IMG/VR virus record: IMGVR_UViG_3300028549_001428
Source: a virus
Taxonomy: Duplodnaviria; Heunggongvirae; Uroviricota; Caudoviricetes
Reading direction: 5' to 3' (one strand)
Length of the DNA: 64,000 bases
Each line of letters starts with the position of its first letter. Positions within the stretch are counted from its first letter, which is position 1. This document shows positions 37,066 to 46,180 of this stretch, one piece after another. The notes under the pieces are model-generated. The model made no database searches and had not been told where the DNA came from. It saw only the letters and a list, made by a program, of their open reading frames with translations. A program made the translations under genes and the position numbers.

Positions 37066-37893
37066 TTACGAAATTATTCCAAAAGCAGCCTTAACAGAGT
37101 CAATTAATGTGGCATTTGAAGAATCTTTCATGCTTTCCAAGAATGCTATGAACTTATCACTATTCTCATTCAAAGCAGCTCTACGAGTATTAGCGGTTCT
37201 CTTTTCAAACTTGTTTGACTTGAATCCACCAACTTCCTCTTCATCATCTTCGCCAACTTCTGCATCTTCAAATGGATCTGCATCATTATAGTCAACTTCA
37301 GTACCTTCAGCTAATGCACCTCTACGAGTCTTAGCTAATCTCTTAGCGTCCTTATTTGATTTGAACCCACCAACTTCTTCTTCATCTTCGTCTTCTTCAA
37401 TTTCAGGTTCGTAATCATCTTTATAATCAACTTCAGTACCTTCACCCAACATAGCTTTACCCATGTTCTTTATTCTCTGACCAAATCCAACTTTAGCAGA
37501 ATCAGTACCATATGTCTTATCGATGCCTAATTTACCTTGCTTGATAGCTGGCTTTAGAACTTCGTTCATCCATTTTTCAACATCAACCGGTGAGTTCATT
37601 GCAAACTTAGCAATCTGTGCCATCGCACCACTTGCTCTACCACCAGCCTGTTTAACAACAGAACCTTCACGCTTGAATTTAGCGGCATTAGCAGCCTGTT
37701 CTTCTGGTGATAATGGCTTACTACCTGTACTTGGTAAACGTCTGCGTTCAGGTGACTTAATATCAGGTATTGGCATGCCACGTACTGATGCTTCTGTTAA
37801 TACGAAAGCCTGTTTAACAGCTTCAATTAACGCAACGTTTGAATTATCTTTCAAACTTTCTAGAAATCCAATGAATTTTTCTGTCTTTTTCAT
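37066..37893 (-). CDS. Putative internal head protein; targeting motif at both ends and two acidic/basic repeats
   Basis: FIGFLESLKDNSNVALIEAVKQAFVLTEA and FIAFLESMKDSSNATLIDSVKAAF; TTATAAAC box at 37936-37943. Confidence 0.55.
   Translation of the reverse strand: MKKTEKFIGFLESLKDNSNVALIEAVKQAFVLTEASVRGMPIPDIKSPERRRLPSTGSKPLSPEEQAANAAKFKREGSVVKQAGGRASGAMAQIAKFAMNSPVDVEKWMNEVLKPAIKQGKLGIDKTYGTDSAKVGFGQRIKNMGKAMLGEGTEVDYKDDYEPEIEEDEDEEEVGGFKSNKDAKRLAKTRRGALAEGTEVDYNDADPFEDAEVGEDDEEEVGGFKSNKFEKRTANTRRAALNENSDKFIAFLESMKDSSNATLIDSVKAAFGIIS
37166..37444 (-). repeat. Two tandem ~46-codon repeats inside the ORF
   Basis: EGTEVDY...EEEVGGFKSNK..KR.A.TRR.AL.E occurs twice; boundaries approximate. Confidence 0.8.
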
Positions 37894-37957
37894 AATATGT
37901 TATATCCTATAGTTAGGGTTATTACCTTGACTATAGTTTATAAAAAGACACAAAAAT

Positions 37958-37984
37958 AAAAAAAGGTGGCTGTTAACCACCTTT
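37958..37984 (-). terminator. Intrinsic terminator after ligA
   Basis: AAAGGTGG-N7-CCACCTTT with A-tract on the plus strand. Confidence 0.7.
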
Positions 37985-37988
37985 GAAA

Positions 37989-40088
37989 TTACTTAATCAT
38001 TCGTAGAAACTCATCGGAATCTTCAATTACTTTGATATCGAATCCTTTTGCCTTGAGTTCATCGATCTTTTTTACCTTTGCAGGTCCAGCCGATTCACCC
38101 AATAGAACATAATCAACTGTCTTAGTAATGGATGAGGCGATTGATCCACCATTCTCAATAACCATGTCCTTAAAGTCATCACGACCTAACTTATCAAAAG
38201 TTCCCGTCATAATAAATGTAAGTCCCTTCAACTTATCATTCTTGACACGAGAAGGCTTTGCATTCAATGCGATTCCATTAGCAATGATCTTGGAAACCAA
38301 TACTTGATTCTTACCAAACCATTCAACAATGGATTCTGCCAAATCATGACCAACACCATCAATAGTTTCCAGTTCATTCACCGTAGCACTGGAAACTGCG
38401 TCAAAGCTCTTAAACTTATCGGCAATTGGTCCAGACATGGTTTGACCCAAATTAGGAATACCAAGTCCAGATAGAAGTTGGTTCAAATAAGCATTCTTTG
38501 ATTCCTTGATAGCATCAATTGCCTTTTCAGCAGAACGTTGTTTTACACCATCTATTTTAAGCAAATCATCCACAGTAACTGTGTAAAGATCAGCAATGTC
38601 ATGGATAAGACCAGCGGAAAGCATTGATTCAATGATTGATTCACCAACACCCATAATATTCATGGAAGTCTTGGAAACAAACTTAACAATCTGACGGAAT
38701 TGCTTTACAGAACATGCTTCATTTGGGCATACCCACGCAACTAGATTATCACCACTGCGATTAGTGTCTTGGCACAGTGTAGAACCACAATGCTTACAGG
38801 TAGTAGGACGCAAATACCATTTCTTACCTGCGTGGTTTGGGTCATTATGTAAGGATTCAATACATCCCTTAACATCAAATCCAGCACTCATATCTCGTTC
38901 ATATTCATCCTTAGTACGACCAGTTTCAACAACTCGCACAATTTCAGGAATGATTTCACCAGCTTTTCGAATTACAACGGTACATCCTTCAAACATACCT
39001 AGATATTCAAGCAAATCCCAATTATGTAACGAAGCACGACGAACCTTGGTCATTGCCAATTCAACTTCATTTACAATTGCAACAGGAGTAACAGCACCAG
39101 TACGACCATATGAATGTTCAACTTCTTTAGGTACAGTATCCTTTTCTTCTGGTGGAAACTTCAATGCAGTACAGAAGTGAGGAGTCTTTGCAGTCCCACC
39201 AAGGCGTTTGTAAGCAGATTTGTCATTGACCTTAATCACAAGACCATCAATGTGATATGGAAGACTGTAACGCTTCTTTTCCATGTATTCAGCACCAGCA
39301 ACTACCTTATCGGTAGTTGGACATACATAATATTCAGAAATGTTGAATCCAAGTACATCACGCAGATAATTCAAATCCTGCGCATGAGTATCATTTGGGC
39401 TACCATCAACAATATTGTAAGCAACGAAATGCAACTTACGATCAGCAACTTCCTGTGGGTCTTTGGACTTCATCGTACCAGAAGCACCATTTCTAGGATT
39501 GCTCATAAGATCTTTACCAACACTTTCAAGATATTCATTATACTTCTTGAAATCTTCCTTCAACCATACAACCTCACCACGAATTTCCATTGGATCAGTA
39601 TGAGGAATTGTCTTGGGAACATTTGGGACTTGTAGAATATTGGCAAATACGCTATCACCAACCTTACCATCACCACGAGTCACAGCTTCAAATAGCTTAC
39701 CATCGATATAACGGAGAGACATTGCAAGACCATCCATCTTGAATTCCATAGTCTTTTCCGTACATCCCTTACTGTCCTTATCAGAAGACCAATTACGAAG
39801 TTCGATAAGACTATTGGAGTTTGCGATAGAAATCATTGGAATATCATGATTTACCTTCTTGAATCCATCGGTGCTGTCCGATGCAACTTTCTGTGAAGGG
39901 GAATTTGAGTCAATAATCTCAGGATATTGAAGTTCAATAGCCTTTAGCTTCTTGTATTCTTCATCATATACGAAATCACTTACAATAGGCTTGCTATTGG
40001 CATAATGCTTACCCCATTCAGTCAATGTTTTGACCAATTTGACATAAGAATCAATAATATCCAGTGGGATTTCAACATCTTCTTGCAT
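37989..40088 (-). CDS. ligA: NAD-dependent DNA ligase
   Basis: SDFVYD, HDIPMISI, KMDG, TRGDG, EIRGEV, NPRNGASG, DGLVIK, GRTG, Zn finger, HhH and BRCT. Confidence 0.95.
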   Translation of the reverse strand: MQEDVEIPLDIIDSYVKLVKTLTEWGKHYANSKPIVSDFVYDEEYKKLKAIELQYPEIIDSNSPSQKVASDSTDGFKKVNHDIPMISIANSNSLIELRNWSSDKDSKGCTEKTMEFKMDGLAMSLRYIDGKLFEAVTRGDGKVGDSVFANILQVPNVPKTIPHTDPMEIRGEVVWLKEDFKKYNEYLESVGKDLMSNPRNGASGTMKSKDPQEVADRKLHFVAYNIVDGSPNDTHAQDLNYLRDVLGFNISEYYVCPTTDKVVAGAEYMEKKRYSLPYHIDGLVIKVNDKSAYKRLGGTAKTPHFCTALKFPPEEKDTVPKEVEHSYGRTGAVTPVAIVNEVELAMTKVRRASLHNWDLLEYLGMFEGCTVVIRKAGEIIPEIVRVVETGRTKDEYERDMSAGFDVKGCIESLHNDPNHAGKKWYLRPTTCKHCGSTLCQDTNRSGDNLVAWVCPNEACSVKQFRQIVKFVSKTSMNIMGVGESIIESMLSAGLIHDIADLYTVTVDDLLKIDGVKQRSAEKAIDAIKESKNAYLNQLLSGLGIPNLGQTMSGPIADKFKSFDAVSSATVNELETIDGVGHDLAESIVEWFGKNQVLVSKIIANGIALNAKPSRVKNDKLKGLTFIMTGTFDKLGRDDFKDMVIENGGSIASSITKTVDYVLLGESAGPAKVKKIDELKAKGFDIKVIEDSDEFLRMIK

Positions 40089-40111
40089 AAAAAACTCCTT
40101 TGATTTTGAAT

Positions 40112-40140
40112 AATATAGATAAAAAGTTTGGTTATGTCAA
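40112..40140 (-). promoter_or_regulatory. Sigma70-type promoter TTGACA-N17-TATATT
   Basis: Exact match upstream of ligA, with AAGGAG SD. Confidence 0.75.
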
Positions 40141-40142
40141 TG

Positions 40143-40169
40143 AAAAAGGCGAAGTTTCCTTCGCCCTTT
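40143..40169 (-). terminator. Intrinsic terminator
   Basis: GGCGAAG-N4-CTTCGCC stem with A-tract on the plus strand. Confidence 0.7.
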
Positions 40170-40172
40170 AGT

Positions 40173-40763
40173 TTATTTAGATGATCTATAACTCGTAGTG
40201 TAGTTTGATAGGGTATCATATGCCCCACGCATACCAGTCGAATTAGAAGCAAATGCAAATGAATTTTCATTTCTAATACCGATCATATCAGCAGCTTGCG
40301 CAACGTTGATATTAGCAGCCATGAATACAAATTCCCATGAATACTTTTCAGTTTGATGTTGAATCATATCCTTTATATTCTTTGCATTATATTCTTTAGA
40401 TGCATTATCCTCACCATCAGTCATGATACAAAATAAAACTTTAGATGGTCTTTCAGATTCATCTGTTTTATGTAAATCAGAACCAATGGTATTCATTGCA
40501 TATGCAATTGCATCATACATTGCGGTTGATCCACCCACATAATAAGTGGTATTATCAAATAATGGAACATCAGCAATTGGAATTCTTTCATATACATGAT
40601 TAATAACATGATCAAATAAAATTAGTGAGAATTTTGCTTCTCCTTCTAAGTTTTTTTGATCTTTGATAAATTGGTTCATACCACCAATAACATCATTAGT
40701 CATGTTTCCCATTGAACCTGATCGGTCAATAATCGCTATTATTTCTGTTGAATTTTCTTTCAT
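40173..40763 (-). CDS. vWA domain protein
   Basis: IIDRSGSM MIDAS, GSTAMYDAI and MTDGEDNAS. Confidence 0.88.
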   Translation of the reverse strand: MKENSTEIIAIIDRSGSMGNMTNDVIGGMNQFIKDQKNLEGEAKFSLILFDHVINHVYERIPIADVPLFDNTTYYVGGSTAMYDAIAYAMNTIGSDLHKTDESERPSKVLFCIMTDGEDNASKEYNAKNIKDMIQHQTEKYSWEFVFMAANINVAQAADMIGIRNENSFAFASNSTGMRGAYDTLSNYTTSYRSSK

Positions 40764-40776
40764 ATTTACTCCTTAA

Positions 40777-41961
40777 TTAGCCTACTGGCAATCCACTTAA
40801 CATACTTCCACTTTCACCGACAAATCCATGCGATGCCCATTTATCGAATTCATCTTGGAATACAAAATACACACGCATTACTGCATCTGGTGCATTCTTC
40901 CAAGTTGAAATTCCATATTTATCTTCCGCAAGTTCTTGCTTAATAACTGCACCTGCACCAACCGCAACTTCCTTTACCTTAATCTCATCATTGCTATATA
41001 AGGTTATACCACGTTGTTTTTCTTCATAACTATCTTCCAAACAATTAGACAAAAAATTATCTGGCGCAACTGAATTAGTTAATGAAGTCACATTCGAACC
41101 ATTTGAATTATCTATCGCACAACAATAAAAAGTTTCTGTTACAGGTGTCCATTTAGTAGTTAATGATTTCTTTTTTGGTTGTGAACTAAATCCTCTCCCA
41201 GCTACGCCTTGCACACCAGGCGCACCAGCAATACCTTGCACACCTTTAGAATATAGACCTGCTATACCAGCAAATGCAATGCCTGAGTTAATGTCATTTG
41301 GTTGATTCAATTTACCTTTAACAACATTGGTTTTATAAAAACTTTCATTTACTGTTCTAAATGTACCAGTAGTTTTATCATATATAACTGACATATGTTT
41401 TTCTACTGGTGTATAGAAAGCAAATCCAAATGCAGGTACGGTATTTTCTGAACCTAGTTTCTGGGATGCAACATCACGCATCATATCTTCGGTAAAGAAG
41501 AATTGACGTACAGTTCCATCAGCATCTCTAAATCCATCCCACCATAAGTAGTTAGGTGCGGTTACATAATTTTGCGAAGCCCACTTATAACCACATTCTG
41601 GGCAATAACGATCTTTTTCAAAATCGACTCCATGTACAGGACATTTAGTTTGATAGGATTCAAGTGTGAATCCATCTATCTGCTGACCTGTGATTGGATT
41701 ACATCCTTTAACAGATGGAAGAACTGCTGTATTTTCTTGGTCATTCAATGTCCAATCAAACCACAATCCTTTATTTGCCTTTACAGGAACAACAACAGAA
41801 CCTTCAGCATCCATCCAATTATCAGGACGTTTTTTAAACGAACTTACTTTATATGTTGGAAGTGGTTTACCTGGAGGCAATCCAAATTGCTCGGAACCAA
41901 CTAGACGATCAGCTTCCATTATTCTTGCTTTAAAACCGTTACATTCAATAACATTATTCAT
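40777..41961 (-). CDS. Hypothetical protein with Zn ribbon and short collagen-like insert, in an operon with the vWA gene
   Basis: GLPPG, GLWFDW, CPVH...CPECG, WWDGF...VRQF; GVQGIAGAPGVQGVAG. Confidence 0.6.
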   Translation of the reverse strand: MNNVIECNGFKARIMEADRLVGSEQFGLPPGKPLPTYKVSSFKKRPDNWMDAEGSVVVPVKANKGLWFDWTLNDQENTAVLPSVKGCNPITGQQIDGFTLESYQTKCPVHGVDFEKDRYCPECGYKWASQNYVTAPNYLWWDGFRDADGTVRQFFFTEDMMRDVASQKLGSENTVPAFGFAFYTPVEKHMSVIYDKTTGTFRTVNESFYKTNVVKGKLNQPNDINSGIAFAGIAGLYSKGVQGIAGAPGVQGVAGRGFSSQPKKKSLTTKWTPVTETFYCCAIDNSNGSNVTSLTNSVAPDNFLSNCLEDSYEEKQRGITLYSNDEIKVKEVAVGAGAVIKQELAEDKYGISTWKNAPDAVMRVYFVFQDEFDKWASHGFVGESGSMLSGLPVG

Positions 41962-41970
41962 ATGATCTCC

Positions 41971-42867
41971 TTAGTATATTTTCTTGCTTGGGTTAAATGG
42001 ATCGCTTACTTTAGCAGTAGGTGATTCATATACAATTAATTTAGGCAATGAATCAGTGCGATCTTTCTTTTCCCATACAGATACTAATTCAGGATATGTA
42101 GCAAATAAGTTATTCAATCCTTTTTCAGCTTCTTGCACTAAGAATATCTCTGCATTCTTGCTTTGCTTTCCTGTTGATTCGTATACCAATCTCATGAATT
42201 GACGTTCTTTATTACCAACCTTGGAGAAATTCAATCCACAGTCTGCACAATATCCATCAAACAAAATTGATTGTGGACGCAATGGAGAAACATAGCGTTC
42301 TCTATTTTCTGGGTGATATTCTTCAATTCGATATATACGAATTATTTCATTATCTGTTGTTTTGTACACTGCTGGAATTTCTTCTTTTCTTGCTCTCTTT
42401 AACATTAGAAGAGTTGCTTCGACATCAATTGTATTTGTCTTAGTTAATACAACAAAACGTCTTCCCTTGGAACGCTTATTCAATTCATATTCCAACTCTT
42501 GACTTTCTGATTCCATATATGAATTAAGAACTTCAGTGTCAGACCAATTCGCAATTGGCTTAGTTGAATTCAAAATCTTTTCCAATGAACTTTCAGACAT
42601 AATACCTGATTTCTGTTCGGTTGGTTGATTTATTGTATCTCTCTTTAAAATCTTAACTGCTGTAACCAAAGCTACTTCAGTTTTAGAAATAAATAAACGA
42701 GTCGATAGAGATTCCAATATTTCGGATTCTGTTGCGTTATTTAATATTATTTCGATTAGTTCATCTGATGGATCACCCTTAACGGTGAATGCGATTTTTA
42801 ATTCAGATGCTGTGATGCCTAATATGGCAGATGCTTGGTCAATACGACCTGATATAGTATTATTCAT
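41971..42867 (-). CDS. Hypothetical protein
   Basis: 298-aa ORF; AAGGA SD; first gene of a three-gene unit. Confidence 0.6.
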   Translation of the reverse strand: MNNTISGRIDQASAILGITASELKIAFTVKGDPSDELIEIILNNATESEILESLSTRLFISKTEVALVTAVKILKRDTINQPTEQKSGIMSESSLEKILNSTKPIANWSDTEVLNSYMESESQELEYELNKRSKGRRFVVLTKTNTIDVEATLLMLKRARKEEIPAVYKTTDNEIIRIYRIEEYHPENRERYVSPLRPQSILFDGYCADCGLNFSKVGNKERQFMRLVYESTGKQSKNAEIFLVQEAEKGLNNLFATYPELVSVWEKKDRTDSLPKLIVYESPTAKVSDPFNPSKKIY

Positions 42868-42997
42868 ACTGAGTCCTTTGTATCTTATTGATACGATTAT
42901 GTTATGTACAAATCCTCTGTACTGAGAGCTTGCGTTTTATTCCCTGCAAGTCTTTCGGGATATTATAAATATAGTTTTTTATTAGTTATTTACTAAA

Positions 42998-43183
42998 TTA
43001 TTTTTCATATTTTATTTTTGAATTACATGAGTGTTCTTGTGCATATCTAAGCACCTCACAAAAATCCAACATTTGTTGATGACGCACTTTCTTCTCGATC
43101 TCATATTGTTCTTCGGTAATGCCCATTATTTCTAGCATTCTCTTTTTGTTATTTTTAAGTTCATCTTCACTTAATTGCATCAA
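42998..43183 (-). CDS. Small hypothetical protein
   Basis: Overlaps the RNA ligase stop. Confidence 0.4.
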   Translation of the reverse strand: MMQLSEDELKNNKKRMLEIMGITEEQYEIEKKVRHQQMLDFCEVLRYAQEHSCNSKIKYEK

Positions 43184-43841
43184 TCATTCCATTTTTAATT
43201 ATTTCTTTATTCATCCAATGATCGGTGTCATCATTCACATGACCTTTACGCACAAATTTAGCTATGTATTGAGCAAATTGCTCATCATCGTGTTTAGAAT
43301 CAGAAAAATCAACGGTAAACGAATCAGCTATGCGTATTACATAACCTTCTTGACGTTCTAAATCCATGTTAGCCACAAGTGTTTTTAATATTTTTTCATC
43401 AAAAATACCACGATACAGAACAGGAACTGCTGTAATTCCTAATTCATCGAACCACCTCATAGTTTCATCCCATGATTTGCATTCATTTCCTTCCCATAAT
43501 GAAAACCCCATAAAATATGATGGTAATGCATCATATCCAATAGAATGCCTAGCATATAGATTTTCACCACATACTCTCCAACCATAAGGAAGTTTAAAAT
43601 ATCGTTCAGACCAAAATTTCTTTAACCAATTGCGAGATGGATGATTATTAGAATCCAAAGAACGAGCATGTGTATATCCATCAAAATAAGCCGATGAATT
43701 TTCACCATCTTTTTTCTCGGAACAAACTATCTCTTTACCAATAAACTGATCGATTGACTTCAATATCTTATCATCACGTGATGCCCCTTGGCTCCACGGT
43801 AAATGCGATGTTTTAGGATATTTTACTACATAGTTATTCAT
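43167..43841 (-). CDS. RNA ligase, compact Rnl2-like nucleotidyltransferase
   Basis: KYPKTSHLPWS, EKKDGEN, HARS, CGENLYARHS, EGYVIR and AKFVR. Confidence 0.85.
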   Translation of the reverse strand: MNNYVVKYPKTSHLPWSQGASRDDKILKSIDQFIGKEIVCSEKKDGENSSAYFDGYTHARSLDSNNHPSRNWLKKFWSERYFKLPYGWRVCGENLYARHSIGYDALPSYFMGFSLWEGNECKSWDETMRWFDELGITAVPVLYRGIFDEKILKTLVANMDLERQEGYVIRIADSFTVDFSDSKHDDEQFAQYIAKFVRKGHVNDDTDHWMNKEIIKNGMIDAIK

Positions 43842-43879
43842 AATTACCAAATATAACAATTTTTTACTATATTTCCAAT

Positions 43880-44215
43880 ATGCGCATACGAAATTTACCA
43901 AAAACCGATTGGGATATATCCCTGTATAACACCGACTACTATGGTTATGGTGATGTCGATGTGTTTACATCAAAAGAAAAAAACATTGGGGAACGAGTCA
44001 TTTGCCTGTTTAGAAAAAAAGACCTTGAATATTATACAAATGATTCATGCACAAAAACAGTATTCGCTATCCTATGTAATAGCTGTGGGGTAAAATCGGG
44101 GATAAATGAACTTCGGGGATTGGTAGCAGGTCAAATAGTTCCAATTCAATTTAATGGTGAGTATAGTCCTCAAATTCCTCTAATTTGGATACAAAAACGT
44201 TTCTGGGAAATGTAA
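43880..44215 (+). CDS. Hypothetical protein
   Basis: TATATT 6 nt upstream of the ATG. Confidence 0.45.
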   Translation: MRIRNLPKTDWDISLYNTDYYGYGDVDVFTSKEKNIGERVICLFRKKDLEYYTNDSCTKTVFAILCNSCGVKSGINELRGLVAGQIVPIQFNGEYSPQIPLIWIQKRFWEM

Positions 44216-44229
44216 GATTCATTATTCCA

Positions 44230-44257
44230 TTGACAATTCGGCTGTTTTTTCTATATT
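44230..44257 (+). promoter_or_regulatory. Sigma70-type promoter TTGACA-N16-TATATT
   Basis: Upstream of 44290. Confidence 0.7.
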
Positions 44258-44289
44258 AGTCTCATAAACCTATAACCTGTGAGATTACA

Positions 44290-45342
44290 ATGACAGAAAA
44301 TACATATACGTTGGATAAAGTTGCATTCAAGGCAATGGACAAAGCCGAAAAATACAACGAGGTGGCTAACTATATTACTCGATTTGGTAAACTACCATCT
44401 ACAAATGGTAAACCCGATGATGAACGTACCCTTGGTCAATTTTGGACTAATGCAAAGGCAGCTTCTAAGCGTGAAGATGCTAAACAATGGGAACTTGATC
44501 GCATTGCCGAGATTATGAACAGCCTTCCCAATAAGAATAGTCGCATGGAAAAGATCAAGACCATCATCAAATTCTGCAACACCCATAGTAAAACACCAAG
44601 TCAATCTAGTTCAGATGACACTGAACGCAAGTTATCTCAAAGTCTGAATGCACTCAAGATTTTAGCAAAAAATGGAAATCTGTCTCTAGCAGAAGCTGAA
44701 TTGTTTGCAACAATCCACAACTTCCGCAGTAATTATCAGAAGGCTCGTTCCGAAAAACTCAAGGAAATTCTGGAATTCTGTAATGAGCACGAGCACACTC
44801 CACGCCAACATGTTAAAGATGATGAAACCGAAAAGCGCATGGCTGAACTTCTTTCAACCACAAAGGCACTTCTTGCAAAAGATAAGCTGGATGCTGAATG
44901 CACTGCACTATTGAAGCAAATTTTGGATTTTGCTCCTATGAGTCGTATGGAAAAATTGAAGCAACTTCAAGAATTTGTTGCTGTAAATAAGTATGCACCA
45001 AAGGTCAATTCCAACAATAGCAATGAACGTCAGTTATCAGCTTTCCTTACCAAAATGAAGGCGTTCATGAAGTCTGATAAATTGACTCAGGATGAAATCA
45101 CACTCCTTAATACCATTCTTACGATGGCAAACGTAAAGAGTCGGATGGACAAGTTGAATGATTTGTATACGTACACTCAATCAATCGGTCATTATCCTAA
45201 GTTGAATACCGATGATGAAGAGGAACGTAAATTTGCAATGTTCTTTACGAATATCAAGCAATGCAGACGTGCAGGTAAACTAACTGATGCTGAATCTGCT
45301 GTACTAACTCTGGTAGAAGAGTACACAACAGAACCTGTTTAG
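44290..45342 (+). CDS. Five-repeat helical protein, helicase-associated (HA)-like repeats
   Basis: Five ~65-aa units: RxEKL..I..F......P.....DxxERKL..F....K. Confidence 0.65.
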   Translation: MTENTYTLDKVAFKAMDKAEKYNEVANYITRFGKLPSTNGKPDDERTLGQFWTNAKAASKREDAKQWELDRIAEIMNSLPNKNSRMEKIKTIIKFCNTHSKTPSQSSSDDTERKLSQSLNALKILAKNGNLSLAEAELFATIHNFRSNYQKARSEKLKEILEFCNEHEHTPRQHVKDDETEKRMAELLSTTKALLAKDKLDAECTALLKQILDFAPMSRMEKLKQLQEFVAVNKYAPKVNSNNSNERQLSAFLTKMKAFMKSDKLTQDEITLLNTILTMANVKSRMDKLNDLYTYTQSIGHYPKLNTDDEEERKFAMFFTNIKQCRRAGKLTDAESAVLTLVEEYTTEPV

Positions 45343-45364
45343 CATAAAATACTTAAATTTTAAT

Positions 45365-45392
45365 AAAAAAGCCCCTTTTGGGGCTTTTTTTT
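45365..45392. terminator. Intrinsic terminator
   Basis: A6-GCCCC-TTTT-GGGGC-T8. Confidence 0.85.
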
Positions 45393-45450
45393 ATTTACAA
45401 ACACCTCCAAAATTTCTATTTTATTAGAGAGATACTAACGATAAATCAAG

Positions 45451-46179
45451 GTGACTATTATGGCTAAAATATTTTTGTTTGATCAATGGAATTCAGTGTT
45501 AAAATCATGTCCTACAGCAGATTACAATGCTGGGAAATCTGTATATGATCAACTGGTAGCTATTTATACAGGTGATGATAGGCATCATCATGGTATTAAG
45601 CATATCATGCACTATATAACACGATTGAGGGATTTATTCGGTGTGTATCAATTTGATGCTATTGAATTAAATAAATGTATAATGGGTGCGTTTTTCCATG
45701 ACGTTGAGTATAATGTAAAGAAACCCACTGATACCACAACTATTATTAGTGATGAACAACTAAGTGCTATGTATGCAAGTAATGCGTTGAAGCAAATCGG
45801 ATTTGATGAAGATTTTATAACCGATGTCAGTAATTTAATTCTATTAACTGAATCGCATAAGCCAAATGAGTCGCTTTCTATTGATCCGTTACTTCAAACC
45901 ATATTCATTGACGCTGATATGGCAATTCTCGGAGAAGAACCATTTTTATATGTCCAATACAGTGATGCAATTAAAGAAGAATACAAAAATATAGAGCCTG
46001 AAGCATTTATCTTAGGTCGAAAGAATTTTTTAACCAAACTTGGCAAACATAAAACTATATTTTTAACTGAATACATGAATGAACTATACAACGATCAAGC
46101 CCATTCTAATATTGAAAGTGAAATAAAGGATTTGAATCGATTGTATGTTGAATTATTAACAGCACCAGAAGAGGTTTAA
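45451..46179 (+). CDS. HD-domain phosphohydrolase
   Basis: RHHHGIKHI, AFFHDVEY, EQLSA, DADMAILG and EEY...GRKNFL. Confidence 0.85.
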   Translation: MTIMAKIFLFDQWNSVLKSCPTADYNAGKSVYDQLVAIYTGDDRHHHGIKHIMHYITRLRDLFGVYQFDAIELNKCIMGAFFHDVEYNVKKPTDTTTIISDEQLSAMYASNALKQIGFDEDFITDVSNLILLTESHKPNESLSIDPLLQTIFIDADMAILGEEPFLYVQYSDAIKEEYKNIEPEAFILGRKNFLTKLGKHKTIFLTEYMNELYNDQAHSNIESEIKDLNRLYVELLTAPEEV

Positions 46180-46180
46180 T

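Noticed and set aside
25706-39635. Long antisense ORFs over the TerD-domain, ligA and 37066 genes (e.g. 26231..26713, 37523..37912, 38764..39180, 39114..39635)
   Set aside because: Shadow ORFs opposite well-supported genes, without SD, promoter or motifs.
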